Shown: positions 21,777-31,567, counted from the first letter of the stretch. The stretch: 64,000 bases of DNA from an uncultured Methanosarcinales archaeon (GCA_963843555.1 CAWJKV010000011.1:1-64000); one strand, 5' to 3'. The notes: generated by a model not told the origin, from the letters alone. A program made the numbers and translations.

Positions 21777-22612
21777 CCTGGGAAAAGAAACGAGTGCTGG
21801 TGACAGTAACCGCCTACCCCGAAAAGAGCAAAAAATACGGCCAGGTCGTTTGCACCATCGGCCTCACAGAAGAAGGGGACTGGATTCGACTCTATCCGGT
21901 GCCTTTCAATGTCTTTTCCGGACCGCAAAAACTCAGAAAATATGATTGGATCGAAGTTGAATGCAAGAGAGCAGAGGAAAAGCTAAGCCGGAAAGAGAGC
22001 TATCGCATCAGAGATGCCTCTTTGAAGATCGTCGACAGAAGCCTCAGTTTGGGGAAGATCAAGGGAAGAGTGGATTGGAATGAACGCAATAAGCTCGTGC
22101 TCAGTCATGTCGCACCGTCTCTTGAAGACCTTCAGGCCAAATTTGATGAAGATAGGACATCGATTGGTCTGATTAAGCCTGCAGAAGTTCTTGAGTTTTA
22201 TAGAAAAGGAAATCTCCAGATATATCAAGATCCAAGAGCATTTCAACAATCCCTTTTCGGGACGAAGATTCCAGAGATAGAAGAAATACCTCACCTCTTC
22301 GGATACAGGTTTAGGTGCAATGGATGCCAGTCAGGAAAAGAGCATAACATTCAATGCGAGGATTGGGAACTACTTGAATCCTATAGACGTTGGGGCAAGT
22401 TATACGGTGATGTGAATTTACTTTGGGAGAAACTGCAAGATAAATATTTTAAATCTATGGTGGGCAGCGACCTTTACTTCTACGTCGGAACATTCTCTCA
22501 ATTTCCTACGTGGCTGATTGTAGGTTTATATTACCCACCCAAGCAAATTGCACTTCCTAGAAAATCTCAAAATCGCACATTAGATGAACTATTTGAAAAA
22601 AACCCTGGATAG
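21773..22612 (+). CDS. Conserved hypothetical protein translationally coupled to DUF488 (OB-fold-like, CxxC)
   Basis: ATGA overlap; VCTIGL...WIRLYPVPF; FRCNGC...CEDWE. Confidence 0.75.
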   Translation: MTWEKKRVLVTVTAYPEKSKKYGQVVCTIGLTEEGDWIRLYPVPFNVFSGPQKLRKYDWIEVECKRAEEKLSRKESYRIRDASLKIVDRSLSLGKIKGRVDWNERNKLVLSHVAPSLEDLQAKFDEDRTSIGLIKPAEVLEFYRKGNLQIYQDPRAFQQSLFGTKIPEIEEIPHLFGYRFRCNGCQSGKEHNIQCEDWELLESYRRWGKLYGDVNLLWEKLQDKYFKSMVGSDLYFYVGTFSQFPTWLIVGLYYPPKQIALPRKSQNRTLDELFEKNPG

Positions 22613-22699
22613 CTGATTTGCCTGAATAAGGCTGGCACGATATCTTCTTGCTCAATACGAAAGCCTGGAGGACTCTAACAGCCCTCTTGCTCGATCCGA

Positions 22700-22870
22700 C
22701 CATCTACCGAGGCCCAGCCGCCCGATGGCCTCCTGCCCACCCGGGCACGCTGGCCCACGTGCGAGCGCACGGGCGCGGGCAGGCGCATGCGTGCGGGCCC
22801 TGGGGCGAGCGGCCCCGCATCCGAAGGCAGCGCACGAGAGTGCGTTGCGAAACCGGAAGGATGACAGGGC
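22700..22870 (+). repeat. Family-A repeat, copy 2
   Basis: Same core; hairpins GGGGC-GAGCG-GCCCC and GCAGCGCAC-GAGA-GTGCGTTGC. Confidence 0.9.
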
Positions 22871-22899
22871 GGAAACTATCAGACTTATCGGTCAGATAA

Positions 22900-23226
22900 T
22901 CACGGAGGTTCGAATCCGCCAAATCGCTCCTTCAATTCTGCCATCTGAGCAGGCGTAAATATTGCGGCTGCGTTATACACCCGATCGTGGTGATCGAAAT
23001 GCAGGAAAACAATTCGGTCTTCGATAATCGCATAAATTATGACAAAAGGATCGACATGCACGCCGCGTAAACCCTTCAGCTCGTTCCTTTTCGGAACTCC
23101 GATCTCGGGATTTTCGATGATGTCCGAGATCTTCCCTAGTACTTGTTCCTCCAATGCCTTATTCTTTCGGATTAGTTTGTGAAACTTCTTATCAAATTGG
23201 CGAGTTGTTGTGTATGAGAAGGTCAT
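22900..23226 (-). CDS. RelE/StbE-family toxin
   Basis: TTRQFDKKFHKL...NPEIG...LRGVHV...HHDRVY. Confidence 0.8.
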   Translation of the reverse strand: MTFSYTTTRQFDKKFHKLIRKNKALEEQVLGKISDIIENPEIGVPKRNELKGLRGVHVDPFVIIYAIIEDRIVFLHFDHHDRVYNAAAIFTPAQMAELKERFGGFEPP

Positions 23227-23253
23227 GCAACGGAATGAAGACAACAGTTTGAA

Positions 23254-23418
23254 CTAAAGGTTCTTGAGATGATCCAGCAGCTCTTCTTTACTCTTGAAAT
23301 CTTTTACTCGGCCAGCTTTGTAGTCTTCAACGCCCTTTAATATTCCTTCAACCAGGTCATCTTCTTTGGAGGCATCCAAGAAGACAACATTCTTTACTCG
23401 CCGATCAGCGCTCGCCAT
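23254..23418 (-). CDS. Small antitoxin upstream of RelE (54 aa, below ORF-track cutoff)
   Basis: Hand translation MASADRRVKNVVFLDASKEDDLVEGILKGVEDYKAGRVKDFKSKEELLDHLKNL. Confidence 0.7.
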   Translation of the reverse strand: MASADRRVKNVVFLDASKEDDLVEGILKGVEDYKAGRVKDFKSKEELLDHLKNL

Positions 23419-23559
23419 TGCACATACCTTACCTTGGTTCGCTAAATAGATTTTGTTCGAGAAACGTTTTCGAGGCTCCGCATATTTCAGCTAGAAATGC
23501 CGCCCGTTCAGGCTAGCGAGCCCAGGCCCATCTGGGCGCTCCATACCTATGTGCTGGGT

Positions 23560-23652
23560 GCATGAGCGCGCCTGGACCACATGCAGGCCACCTACGCGAG
23601 CGGCCCCACATCCGAGGGCAGCGCACGAGAGTGCGTTGCGAGACAGGAAGGA
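23560..23652 (+). repeat. Family-A repeat, copy 3 (degenerate 5' part)
   Basis: gcgagcggccccacatccgagggcagcgcacgagagtgcgttgcgagacaggaagg. Confidence 0.85.
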
Positions 23653-23696
23653 AAGGGTGAAATGCTATGACCTCATCGTCTTTAGAGAGGAAAACT

Positions 23697-23984
23697 ATGA
23701 GCGACCAGATGCAGCCTGTTCGTGAAAAGATAATAGGTATCCTACACAGGAATAATGTAAAGAAGGCATCTTTTTTCGGGTCTATCGTGAGGGGTGAGAT
23801 GACCGAAGAAAGCGATGTAGATCTATTGGTCGAATTTGAAGGCAAAAAGAGCCTTCTCGATCTTGCCCATTTGAAAAATGAGCTGGAAGATGCCATAAAC
23901 AGACGAGTAGATGTTCTGACTTACAAATCGCTGCACCCCCGTCTCAAAGAGAGAATTCTAGCCGAGCAAGTGCCGATAATATGA
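23697..23984 (+). CDS. Minimal nucleotidyltransferase (MNT) antitoxin
   Basis: FGSIVRGE...SDVDLLVEF. Confidence 0.9.
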   Translation: MSDQMQPVREKIIGILHRNNVKKASFFGSIVRGEMTEESDVDLLVEFEGKKSLLDLAHLKNELEDAINRRVDVLTYKSLHPRLKERILAEQVPII

Positions 23985-24334
23985 AGAAAGATTCCGGCGT
24001 TTTCCTGGAGCACATCCTGGATAGCATCGAGCTTATCGAGAGCTATTCCAAAGGAAAAACCGAACGGGACTTGATGGAATCGGTCGGCTTGCAGGACCAA
24101 ATCATCAGAAGGATCGAGATAATCGGGGAAGCCGTGAAAAATCTGCCAGAGGATCTGAGAAGAGATCATCCTGAGGTTCCCTGGAGAGATATGGCAGGAA
24201 TGAGGGACATCGTAGTCCATCAGTATTTTGGGGTGGATCTTGAGTTTGTATGGCAGGCGGCAACAAAGGATTTTCCGGAACTGAAGGAGAAGATCCCGAA
24301 GATACAGGAAGATCTTGGCAACGAGGCCAGGTGA
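23981..24334 (+). CDS. HEPN (DUF86) RNase toxin
   Basis: IIGEAVK...RDIVVHQYF (RxxxxH). Confidence 0.9.
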   Translation: MKKDSGVFLEHILDSIELIESYSKGKTERDLMESVGLQDQIIRRIEIIGEAVKNLPEDLRRDHPEVPWRDMAGMRDIVVHQYFGVDLEFVWQAATKDFPELKEKIPKIQEDLGNEAR

Positions 24335-24435
24335 ATGAGAGGGCGCCACTGCGGTGGAGGTCTACGACGACCAGATCGAGATCGTAATACCTGGCAAGCT
24401 GCCGGAAGGTACAGGCCTATCTGGGCGAACTTAGC

Positions 24436-24546
24436 CCCACATGCGAGCGCACGGGCGCGGGCAGGCGCATGCGGGCGGGCCCTAGGGCGAGCGGCCCCGC
24501 ATCCGAAGGCAGCGCACGAGAGTGCGATGCGAGACAGGAAGGACGG
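24436..24546 (+). repeat. Family-A repeat, copy 4
   Basis: Full core, nearly identical to copy 2. Confidence 0.92.
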
Positions 24547-24668
24547 AAAGTGCATCAAGCAGAAAAGATCGTTAAGCCGGTCAAGTCTGAGATTTTTATG
24601 ACCAGTCCAAATGTGAGTCTCGCATCATATTTATTTACTATCCGGCCTTTGCTAGATCAGAGGAGAAG

Positions 24669-24962
24669 ATGAAAACCCTTCAAGAGATCGAAAGTATTCT
24701 TAGAGACCAGAAGCCAATCCTCAGGCAAAGGTTCGGGGTTTTAGAGATTGGCATCTTCGGCTCTTTCGTACGAGGCGAACAGAAGGATACCAGCGACCTG
24801 GATTTGCTTATCGATTTTGAGAAGCCAATCGGCCTAATCAGGTATGTGGGATTGCAGAACTATTTGAGCGACAAGGTCGGAGAGCGGGTAGATCTGGTCA
24901 CAAAGTCCGGCCTCAAACCGAGAATAGGCGAGCATATCCTTAAAGAGGTAATTTACGTATGA
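24669..24962 (+). CDS. MNT antitoxin
   Basis: FGSFVRGE...SDLDLLIDF. Confidence 0.9.
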   Translation: MKTLQEIESILRDQKPILRQRFGVLEIGIFGSFVRGEQKDTSDLDLLIDFEKPIGLIRYVGLQNYLSDKVGERVDLVTKSGLKPRIGEHILKEVIYV

Positions 24963-25306
24963 AGGAAAGGGATTACGGGAGTTATATTGAGGATATTATC
25001 GAGCATATGAATTATGCTGAAGAATTTATAAGAGACACAACTTTTGAAGAATTCGCAAACGATAAGAAGACTATTCTTTCAGTGACAAAGTGCATAGAGG
25101 TTGTGGGCGAGGCGACGAAGCATGTTCCAGATTCGATCAGAGAAAAATATCCCGAGATCCCTTGGCGTGACATGGCAGGAATCAGAGATAGGCTCGTCCA
25201 TGGCTACTTCAAAGTGAACCTTGAGATTGTTTGGACGACTGTGACTGTGGAATTTCCTGAACTTCGTCTCATGATGGAAAATGTATTGACCGATGTAGAT
25301 CTATAG
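24959..25306 (+). CDS. HEPN (DUF86) toxin
   Basis: RDRLVHGYF. Confidence 0.9.
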   Translation: MKERDYGSYIEDIIEHMNYAEEFIRDTTFEEFANDKKTILSVTKCIEVVGEATKHVPDSIREKYPEIPWRDMAGIRDRLVHGYFKVNLEIVWTTVTVEFPELRLMMENVLTDVDL

Positions 25307-25345
25307 CGAAAAAGAAAATACAGTTTATATAATTGATATCAGTTT

Positions 25346-25585
25346 TGGCCTTGGCTTAGAAACGATGATGCCAACCCGAGCAGGCGCATGCGGGCGGGCC
25401 CCTCGGGGGGCGATCGGCCCCGCAATCCGAAGGCAGCGCACGAGAGTGCGAGGCAATAACCGGAAGGACGGCGCTGGCCCCGGTCGGCCAGGCAGCCAAG
25501 ATGAACAGATAGCGCCAAATAATCATGCCATCACTTTCGCCCCGGACACCGCATAAGGATTTATATTTAAAAGCTTGATTTTACA
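25346..25585 (+). repeat. Family-A repeat, copy 5 (long form with TATA box)
   Basis: Core plus catgccatcactttcgccccgg and ttatatttaaa, as in copy 1. Confidence 0.9.
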
Positions 25586-25646
25586 TTCATTCGAGGCTGT
25601 GAATAGCCGGACTGATGAAATGGGGTCAAGTTTCAGAGGAAGTGTG

Positions 25647-25958
25647 ATGAAAACAGCGCTGTCCAAGAATGGCGTGCCCATCCGGTTGCCTGATGAGCGA
25701 TGGATACATCTGACTGAGGGTCACTCTGAGATGGCAGGATACTATTCGGAGGTCCTGGTGACAATAGAGGACCCAGATGGAGTCTATGAAGGCCGTTCAG
25801 GAGAACTCCTGGCAGTGAAGGAGATCCAAACTGATAAATATATAGTGGTAGTATATAAGGAAGTGAACGAAAAGGATGGTTTCGTGATCACTGCCTTCTT
25901 GAGCAGCAGGAAAAATCAACTTGAGAGGAGAACAAAGGTATGGCAGCGGCAGAAATAG
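25647..25958 (+). CDS. Putative RNase toxin (BECR-like) paired with DUF2283
   Basis: IRLPDERWIHL..H.EM...FVITAF; overlaps next gene. Confidence 0.65.
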   Translation: MKTALSKNGVPIRLPDERWIHLTEGHSEMAGYYSEVLVTIEDPDGVYEGRSGELLAVKEIQTDKYIVVVYKEVNEKDGFVITAFLSSRKNQLERRTKVWQRQK

Positions 25959-26191
25959 AAGGCATTGAAAAGATTTTGGCATTGGTGCCTCATCTTCTGA
26001 GCATACCCCAAAAGAAGATCTGGGTCGATTACGATGAGACGGCCGATGTGCTCTATGTGAACTTCAAGGAGCACAGCCATGCCGATGATTCCGATCTGAC
26101 GGATGACGACGTCATAATCAGGTACGAGAAAGGGCAGGTCGTGGGAATGACCTTCCTTAATGCCAGCAAGAGGCAGAACCTTCAAGGCTAG
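25940..26191 (+). CDS. DUF2283 family putative antitoxin
   Basis: YDETADVLYV...VVGMTFLNAS. Confidence 0.8.
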   Translation: MAAAEIEGIEKILALVPHLLSIPQKKIWVDYDETADVLYVNFKEHSHADDSDLTDDDVIIRYEKGQVVGMTFLNASKRQNLQG

Positions 26192-26415
26192 CTGCAATCA
26201 TCCATTCAAGGAGAGGTCAGATTCAACTGAGACGCCTTGACAATCTCTTTTGGACCGCGTAAATGTCCTGGATGATCCGCAATGGGCAAGCGGTATCGAT
26301 GAACATTTTTCTATTGAACAATGACGCAAACCAACGGGATGCCAAATCGAAACGCGGTCCGTTCAAGCTTTTCATCGACCTGGGTCCGAAGCGCTCGCCC
26401 AACCGGCCATTTCCA

Positions 26416-26526
26416 GGCCCAAATGCGGGCGCATAGGCGCGGAAAGAAGCATGCGTGCGGAGCCGTGGGGCGAGCGGCCGCCCTCGAGCATCGCATGGGA
26501 ATGCGAGGCGAGACCGGGAGGGGGAG
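26416..26526 (+). repeat. Family-A repeat, copy 6 (diverged)
   Basis: gcatgcgtgcgg...ggggcgagcggcc...gcgagaccggga. Confidence 0.75.
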
Positions 26527-26654
26527 CTCAGCTGAGGTGCACGGCTGCTGACTAATCGGGATACCACTGGGCGAGACTAAAAACCAGTCTGACAGGCCAA
26601 TGATAATGATATAGGGCATAGGTTTATTTTCCAAGAAGACCGCATATCAAATAA

Positions 26655-26870
26655 ATGCAGCAGATAAAGATAATAATAGAAAAGCACATGGACGGTTATA
26701 TTGCCTATCCGATCGGCATTAAAGGTATCGTAGTGGGAGAAGGCGATACATATGAAGAAGCCCTCGCCGATGTGAAATCCGCCATTCAATTCCACATCGA
26801 AACCTTTGGCAGGGAAGCTATTGAGATAGACGGAATCACCGAGACCTTTGTGGCCGAAGTGGTGGTGTGA
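26655..26870 (+). CDS. hicB: HicB-family antitoxin
   Basis: GEGDTYEEALADVKSAI. Confidence 0.85.
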   Translation: MQQIKIIIEKHMDGYIAYPIGIKGIVVGEGDTYEEALADVKSAIQFHIETFGREAIEIDGITETFVAEVVV

Positions 26871-27105
26871 CGAAGTTTCCCAGAGACGCGCCTAAAAGAA
26901 AGGTAATCAAAGCCTTGGGGGCATTGGGCTTCGAGGTAATCCGGGAAGTGAATCACATTTCCATGAGCAGAATCAATCTAGATGGAAGCAGGACGCCTCT
27001 AACCTGCCGAACCACAAAGAAATTAAAGGTTCTACCCTGTTGTTGATCTTAAGGCAGGCCGGAATAACGAAGGAAGAATTTATCGAAGCATTCAACGAGC
27101 TGTGA
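26867..27105 (+). CDS. hicA: HicA-family toxin (one frameshift near 27003)
   Basis: KVIKALGALGFEVIRE.NH ... PNHKEIKGSTL..ILRQAGI. Confidence 0.8.
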
Positions 27106-27130
27106 TTCTCCAGAGCGCCAATTGCTGCTC

Positions 27131-27195
27131 AGCCTTGGCCTTATTAATCCTTATTTTGGATGCCAACCCACTTCAGATGGCAGCGTATGGAGAAA
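27131..27195 (+). repeat. Internally deleted family-A remnant
   Basis: gccttggc...gatgccaaccc matches the left flank of copy 5; cagatggcagcgtatggaga resembles ccgaaggcagcgcacgaga. Confidence 0.5.
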
Positions 27196-27269
27196 ATCCT
27201 AGCATCATGTATGAGCTATACCAAGGAGGCTAAGCTTTGCGGTATTATTTCCACAACTTCCGCATATTG

Positions 27270-27767
27270 CTAAGGTCTCCAGATTTGAAGCCATTTCACA
27301 CCGCTAAAATCTCTGTCATTTGATGCCATTGTGTTTACATCTTCCTGTTTCATAGTTGCCAGATGAAGAGCGTCATTAGATAGGAGTCCGTATTTCTTGG
27401 AGTACCTTAGTGCCAACTCAAAAATGCTTTCATCAATTCCTACAATCGTCAGGTGATTGATCTGCTTTATCTTATCGATTGCAGCCCATGCTTTAGTCGA
27501 ATCCCTCACTAACTCCGGGTCTTCCTTCAGGCATTTCGAAACAGATCCAGGACTTATGCTTTCCCTTTCCACGATTTCCGCTATTAAAGACCTATGAAAG
27601 ACTTCGTTGCACACAAGAACTGAAGTAATACCCTTATATTCGCCATCATTTATGGATTCAAGAAGGCACTTCGATGAAGTGCCAAACTTCCAATGACCGG
27701 ACACTGCATAAAGTAAAATATTTGCATCAATAAAAATAGTTGTACCTGGTTCGATACGACAAGGCAT
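27270..27767 (-). CDS. vapC: PIN-domain (VapC) toxin
   Basis: IFIDANIL...DALHLAT...SNDRDF. Confidence 0.9.
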   Translation of the reverse strand: MPCRIEPGTTIFIDANILLYAVSGHWKFGTSSKCLLESINDGEYKGITSVLVCNEVFHRSLIAEIVERESISPGSVSKCLKEDPELVRDSTKAWAAIDKIKQINHLTIVGIDESIFELALRYSKKYGLLSNDALHLATMKQEDVNTMASNDRDFSGVKWLQIWRP

Positions 27768-27955
27768 CAGATTGGCTCCAAATCAGGGCTCTCAATGATC
27801 TCATCCAGCCATTGTTTGTTCTGAATCTTTATTATGCCGTAAAGTTGGTCGACGGGATTTTTCTTCACCTCAATCTCGACCAAGTCGCCTTCCTTTAAGT
27901 CTAGCTTTTCCAATGGCTTTAGGACGCTATTTTCATAGATCGCTTTGACAAGCAT
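27767..27955 (-). CDS. AF2212/DUF104-like antitoxin
   Basis: KAIYENSVLKPLEKLDLKEG. Confidence 0.88.
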   Translation of the reverse strand: MLVKAIYENSVLKPLEKLDLKEGDLVEIEVKKNPVDQLYGIIKIQNKQWLDEIIESPDLEPI

Positions 27956-28117
27956 CGAACCACCATCAGTATTTTGTCGCTGAAGATTAAAAACCTGCCT
28001 ATTTTAGGTTTTTCAAACAGGAGACTGAGACTGCGCTCAGAGCAGTTCCTGGACATCGAAGGCAAGCTGAAAGAGGCAAAATAACGGCGGATTTGTTTGA
28101 AAATGCTGATCAATCTA

Positions 28118-28285
28118 TCATCTACCAAGGCCCGAACCGAGAGAACCTACCTATCCTGGGGCGCTTGGCCCTCATGCAGGCGCACAGGCGCACGGGCAAG
28201 CGCGTGCGGGCCCTGGGGCGAGCGGCCCAGCAGCCGAAAAGGCAGCCAACGAGAATCGAAGCGAGACCGGGATGATGACAAGGAC
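28118..28285 (+). repeat. Family-A repeat, copy 7
   Basis: Starts catctaccaaggccc (copy 2: catctaccgaggccc); core gggccctggggcgagcggccc; ends gcgagaccgggatgatgaca. Confidence 0.85.
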
Positions 28286-28380
28286 AGGGAGCATTTTGTA
28301 GGGATGTACCTTGCTAATGAAAACGATTCGCCAGAATTGCATGGCAAAGAATATTACTTTTGCGGATAGTATGCTGCTAC

Positions 28381-28656
28381 ATGAATCATGCCGAAGAGAC
28401 AAACCTCTCCAGAGAGCTCGTGAGCAATAAGGCCAGAGTCTACCGTTTTTCAGTGGTTATTGAGAAGGACAGAGATGGCTATTTTGCGTTCTCTCCTGAA
28501 CTGCAGGGATGTTACTCACAAGGCGATACCTATGAAGAAACCCTGGAAAATATCAGGGATGCCATCCGTCTACATGTAGAGGATCGGCTGGAAAACGGCG
28601 AAGAAGTCCCTCAGCCGGAATCCGTCAGCTTGACTTCCCTGGATGTTGCTGTATGA
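28381..28656 (+). CDS. hicB: HicB-family antitoxin
   Basis: PELQGCYSQGDTYEETLENIRDAI. Confidence 0.88.
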   Translation: MNHAEETNLSRELVSNKARVYRFSVVIEKDRDGYFAFSPELQGCYSQGDTYEETLENIRDAIRLHVEDRLENGEEVPQPESVSLTSLDVAV

Positions 28657-28792
28657 CGGATAAGCTTCCCAGGATAATGCTGCTGATGCCATCCGTGTGC
28701 TGGAAAAGGCAGGATTCTTTCTGGCTCGCCAGAGTGGGAGCCACAAGATCTACAAGAATGCAGAAGGAAGAAGAACTACTGTGCCATTTCAT
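28653..28792 (+). pseudogene. hicA: hicA, frameshifted and truncated at a repeat remnant
   Basis: LEKAGFFLARQSGSHKIY...TTVPFH then breaks off. Confidence 0.75.
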
Positions 28793-28809
28793 GCGAGACA
28801 GAAAGGACG
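28791..28809 (+). repeat. 3' tip of a family-A repeat fused into hicA
   Basis: atgcgagacagaaaggacg versus atgcgagacaggaaggacg in copy 4 (one mismatch). Confidence 0.7.
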
Positions 28810-28871
28810 TTGCGGTCATAAATGGCGGCAGCTAATTTTGAACTGGCCACCAACCCAGGAAACGCTGCAAA

Positions 28872-29369
28872 TCAGGGTCTCCAGAGTTCCAGCCAATCTA
28901 CTCTCTCGAAATCCCGATCATTGGATGCCAGAATGTTCAGTCCAACAATTTTCATTGTCGCAGCATGAATAGCATCTGTCGCAAGAAGTCCATACTTCTG
29001 AGAGAATTCTAAAGCCAGATCTAAAGCATCTCTTTCGACCCCTATGATCGTAAGGTTCTCGATCTGGGCAATATCCTCAATGGCAACCCTGGCAGCACTC
29101 AATTTCTTAATCACGTCAGGATTATCTTTGAGATATTTTATGGCAAACTTGGCATCTATGTTGCACTTCTCGAAAAGTTCTGCGATCATGACTCTGTGAA
29201 ACACTTCATTACATACAACAATGGAAGTGACGCCTGAATACTTGCCATAATTGATATCTTTTAAGAATTTGGTGCATGGTTGCACATATTTCCAGTGCTC
29301 CAGGATCTTGTAAAGAAAAATATTGGCGTCAATAAAGACTGCTGTCCCTGGCTGGAGTGCATTATGCAT
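28872..29369 (-). CDS. vapC: PIN-domain (VapC) toxin
   Basis: VFIDANIF...DAIHAAT...SNDRDF. Confidence 0.9.
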   Translation of the reverse strand: MHNALQPGTAVFIDANIFLYKILEHWKYVQPCTKFLKDINYGKYSGVTSIVVCNEVFHRVMIAELFEKCNIDAKFAIKYLKDNPDVIKKLSAARVAIEDIAQIENLTIIGVERDALDLALEFSQKYGLLATDAIHAATMKIVGLNILASNDRDFERVDWLELWRP

Positions 29370-29557
29370 CAGAACGGCCCCAGCTCAGGGCTATCTATGA
29401 TCTCATCGACAATATCTCTCTGAGAGATTTTAACCAGGCCACCTAATCGATCTACCGCATCCTTTTTGACTTCAATTTCGACCATATCACCCTCCTTAAG
29501 GTCGAGCTTTTCTAATGGCCTTAGAACACTATTTTCATAAACTGCCTTGACAAGCAC
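29369..29557 (-). CDS. AF2212/DUF104-like antitoxin
   Basis: Paralog of 27767-27955. Confidence 0.88.
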   Translation of the reverse strand: MLVKAVYENSVLRPLEKLDLKEGDMVEIEVKKDAVDRLGGLVKISQRDIVDEIIDSPELGPF

Positions 29558-29625
29558 GAGATCACCATTATAATTTCAATTTCCTGGATTAAATACCTGC
29601 CTCTCTCAAGCTTCATAGGACAGAG

Positions 29626-29814
29626 TTGGATCTGATGGAATCGATCGGCCTGCAGGACCAGATTATCAGAAGGATCGAGATAATCGGGGAAGCTGTGAAA
29701 AATCTGCCAGACGATTCTGAGAGTGGAACATCCAGAGGTTCCCCGGCGAGACAGGCAGGAATGAGGGAAATCGTAGTCCATCAGTACTTTGGTGTGGATC
29801 TTGAGTTTGTCTGA
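29626..29814 (+). pseudogene. Internal fragment of a HEPN gene
   Basis: Near-copy of ~24066-24250 with indels. Confidence 0.8.
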
Positions 29815-29905
29815 GGACTTTATACTTCTCAGACCTCCTACAAAAGAATAGCGAGGGGCCATGAGTACGGTCCAGATCACGGCTGGCCAGTCGCTTATCA
29901 ATCGC

Positions 29906-30728
29906 TTAAGTTTTGAAGAACGCGAGAAGGTCTTCGTTGACCTGGTCCTTGAGGGTCGTGCACATGCCGTGTGGCGCACCCTTGTAGACCTTCAGCCTGG
30001 CGCCCTTGATGAGCTTGGACGACCGCATGGCCGAGTCTCCGATCGGCACGATCTGGTCGTCGTCGCCGTGGAGGATGAGCGTCGGGACATCGATCTTCTT
30101 GAGGTCCTCAGTGAAATCGGTCTCGGAAAACGCCTTGATGCAGAAGTAGGACGCCGGCAAGCCGGCCATCATCCCCTGGAGCCAGAACGACTCGCGAACG
30201 CCTTCCGAGATCTTTGCTCCCGGCCGGTTATAGCCGTAGAACGGCATGCTGAGATCCTTCCAGAATTGCGATCGGTCGGCAAGAACTGAGGCGCGGATCT
30301 GATCGAATGCTTCGATCGGCGTCCCTCCGGGATTAGCGGCAGTCTTTAGCATCAGAGGCGGCACAGCGCCGATAAGCACTGCCTTAGCAACGCGTTTCGT
30401 GCCATGGTGGCCAATATAGCGGGCGACTTCGCCGCCGCCCGTCGAATGGCCGACATGAATCGCGTTCTGCAGGTCGAGCGTTTCGACAAGCATCGCCAGG
30501 TCGTCGGCGTAGGTGTCCATGTCGTTCCCATTCCAGGGCTGGCTGGATCGGCCATGGCCACGTCGATCGTGGGCGATGCAGCGATATCCTTGAGCGGCCA
30601 GAAAGAACATCTGGTCTTCAAATGCATCCGCAGAGAGCGGCCAACCATGGCTGAAGACTACTGGCTGTCCTCTGCCCAGTCTTTATAGTAGATTTGCGTG
30701 CCATCTTTGGTCGTGATCATGTCCATAT
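29906..30728 (-). CDS. Non-heme chloroperoxidase-like alpha/beta hydrolase (frameshift near 30680)
   Basis: [37 protein letters not shown]. Confidence 0.88.
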
Positions 30729-30757
30729 GAAATACTCCTTTTTGGGTACCAATAGTG

Positions 30758-31567
30758 CTATCCAATAGCCGTGGCGTTTGCTGCATCCATGATCAATTGT
30801 GCAACCTCAGCAGGGTGAGAGACCAGCGAGGCGTGGTCTGACGGTATCGAGACAACCTCCTTGGCTCCTATGCGTTCTGCCATGAAGCGCTGCAAGTCGG
30901 GATTGATTATCCTATCGTTCTCTGATAGCAGATACCAGGAGGGCTTGGACTTCCAGGCTGCCTGGGTGGCTCTTTCGCCGAAAATGCTTGCCGAAAGCGG
31001 CTTTTGTACGGCAGCCATGACGCGGGCTGCAGTAGGATCTATATCCTGAGCGAACGATTCTGGAAAGGCCTTTGGATCGATCCATAGGAATCCGTAAGCA
31101 TCCGGGCGGAGGTTTGCCTGGCCGGGTGCAGCAGGCATTCGTCCATTGAGTTCGCCAAGGACTTCTCCCTCGTCTGGAGCAAACGCTGAAATATAAACCA
31201 GTCCGACAACATTGGATGCATTAGCTCCTGCTTCAGTTATCACCGCGCCTCCATAAGAGTGACCAACGAGAATCGTGGAACCATTTTGCATAGCTAATAT
31301 GCGACGTGTCACTGCAGCATCATCAGCCAGAGATGTCAAGGGGATCTGCACAGCGGTGACGTTGTAACCTTTTTCTTGCAGCAGCGGTATGACATTGCTC
31401 CAGCTTGATCCGTCGGCCCACGCCCCATGAACCAACACGACATTTACGGGTATCATATCTACACCTTGGGAATCGTTGATTGATTGCACCTGTGCTTGAG
31501 CACTAGATCCTATCAGAAATGCCAAAAAAACCAGCACAGGAACGATCGGAAAATATTTGCATATCAT
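30758..31567 (-). CDS. Secreted alpha/beta hydrolase
   Basis: Signal peptide; VLVHGAWADGS, GHSYGG, SDHASL. Confidence 0.88.
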   Translation of the reverse strand: MICKYFPIVPVLVFLAFLIGSSAQAQVQSINDSQGVDMIPVNVVLVHGAWADGSSWSNVIPLLQEKGYNVTAVQIPLTSLADDAAVTRRILAMQNGSTILVGHSYGGAVITEAGANASNVVGLVYISAFAPDEGEVLGELNGRMPAAPGQANLRPDAYGFLWIDPKAFPESFAQDIDPTAARVMAAVQKPLSASIFGERATQAAWKSKPSWYLLSENDRIINPDLQRFMAERIGAKEVVSIPSDHASLVSHPAEVAQLIMDAANATAIG

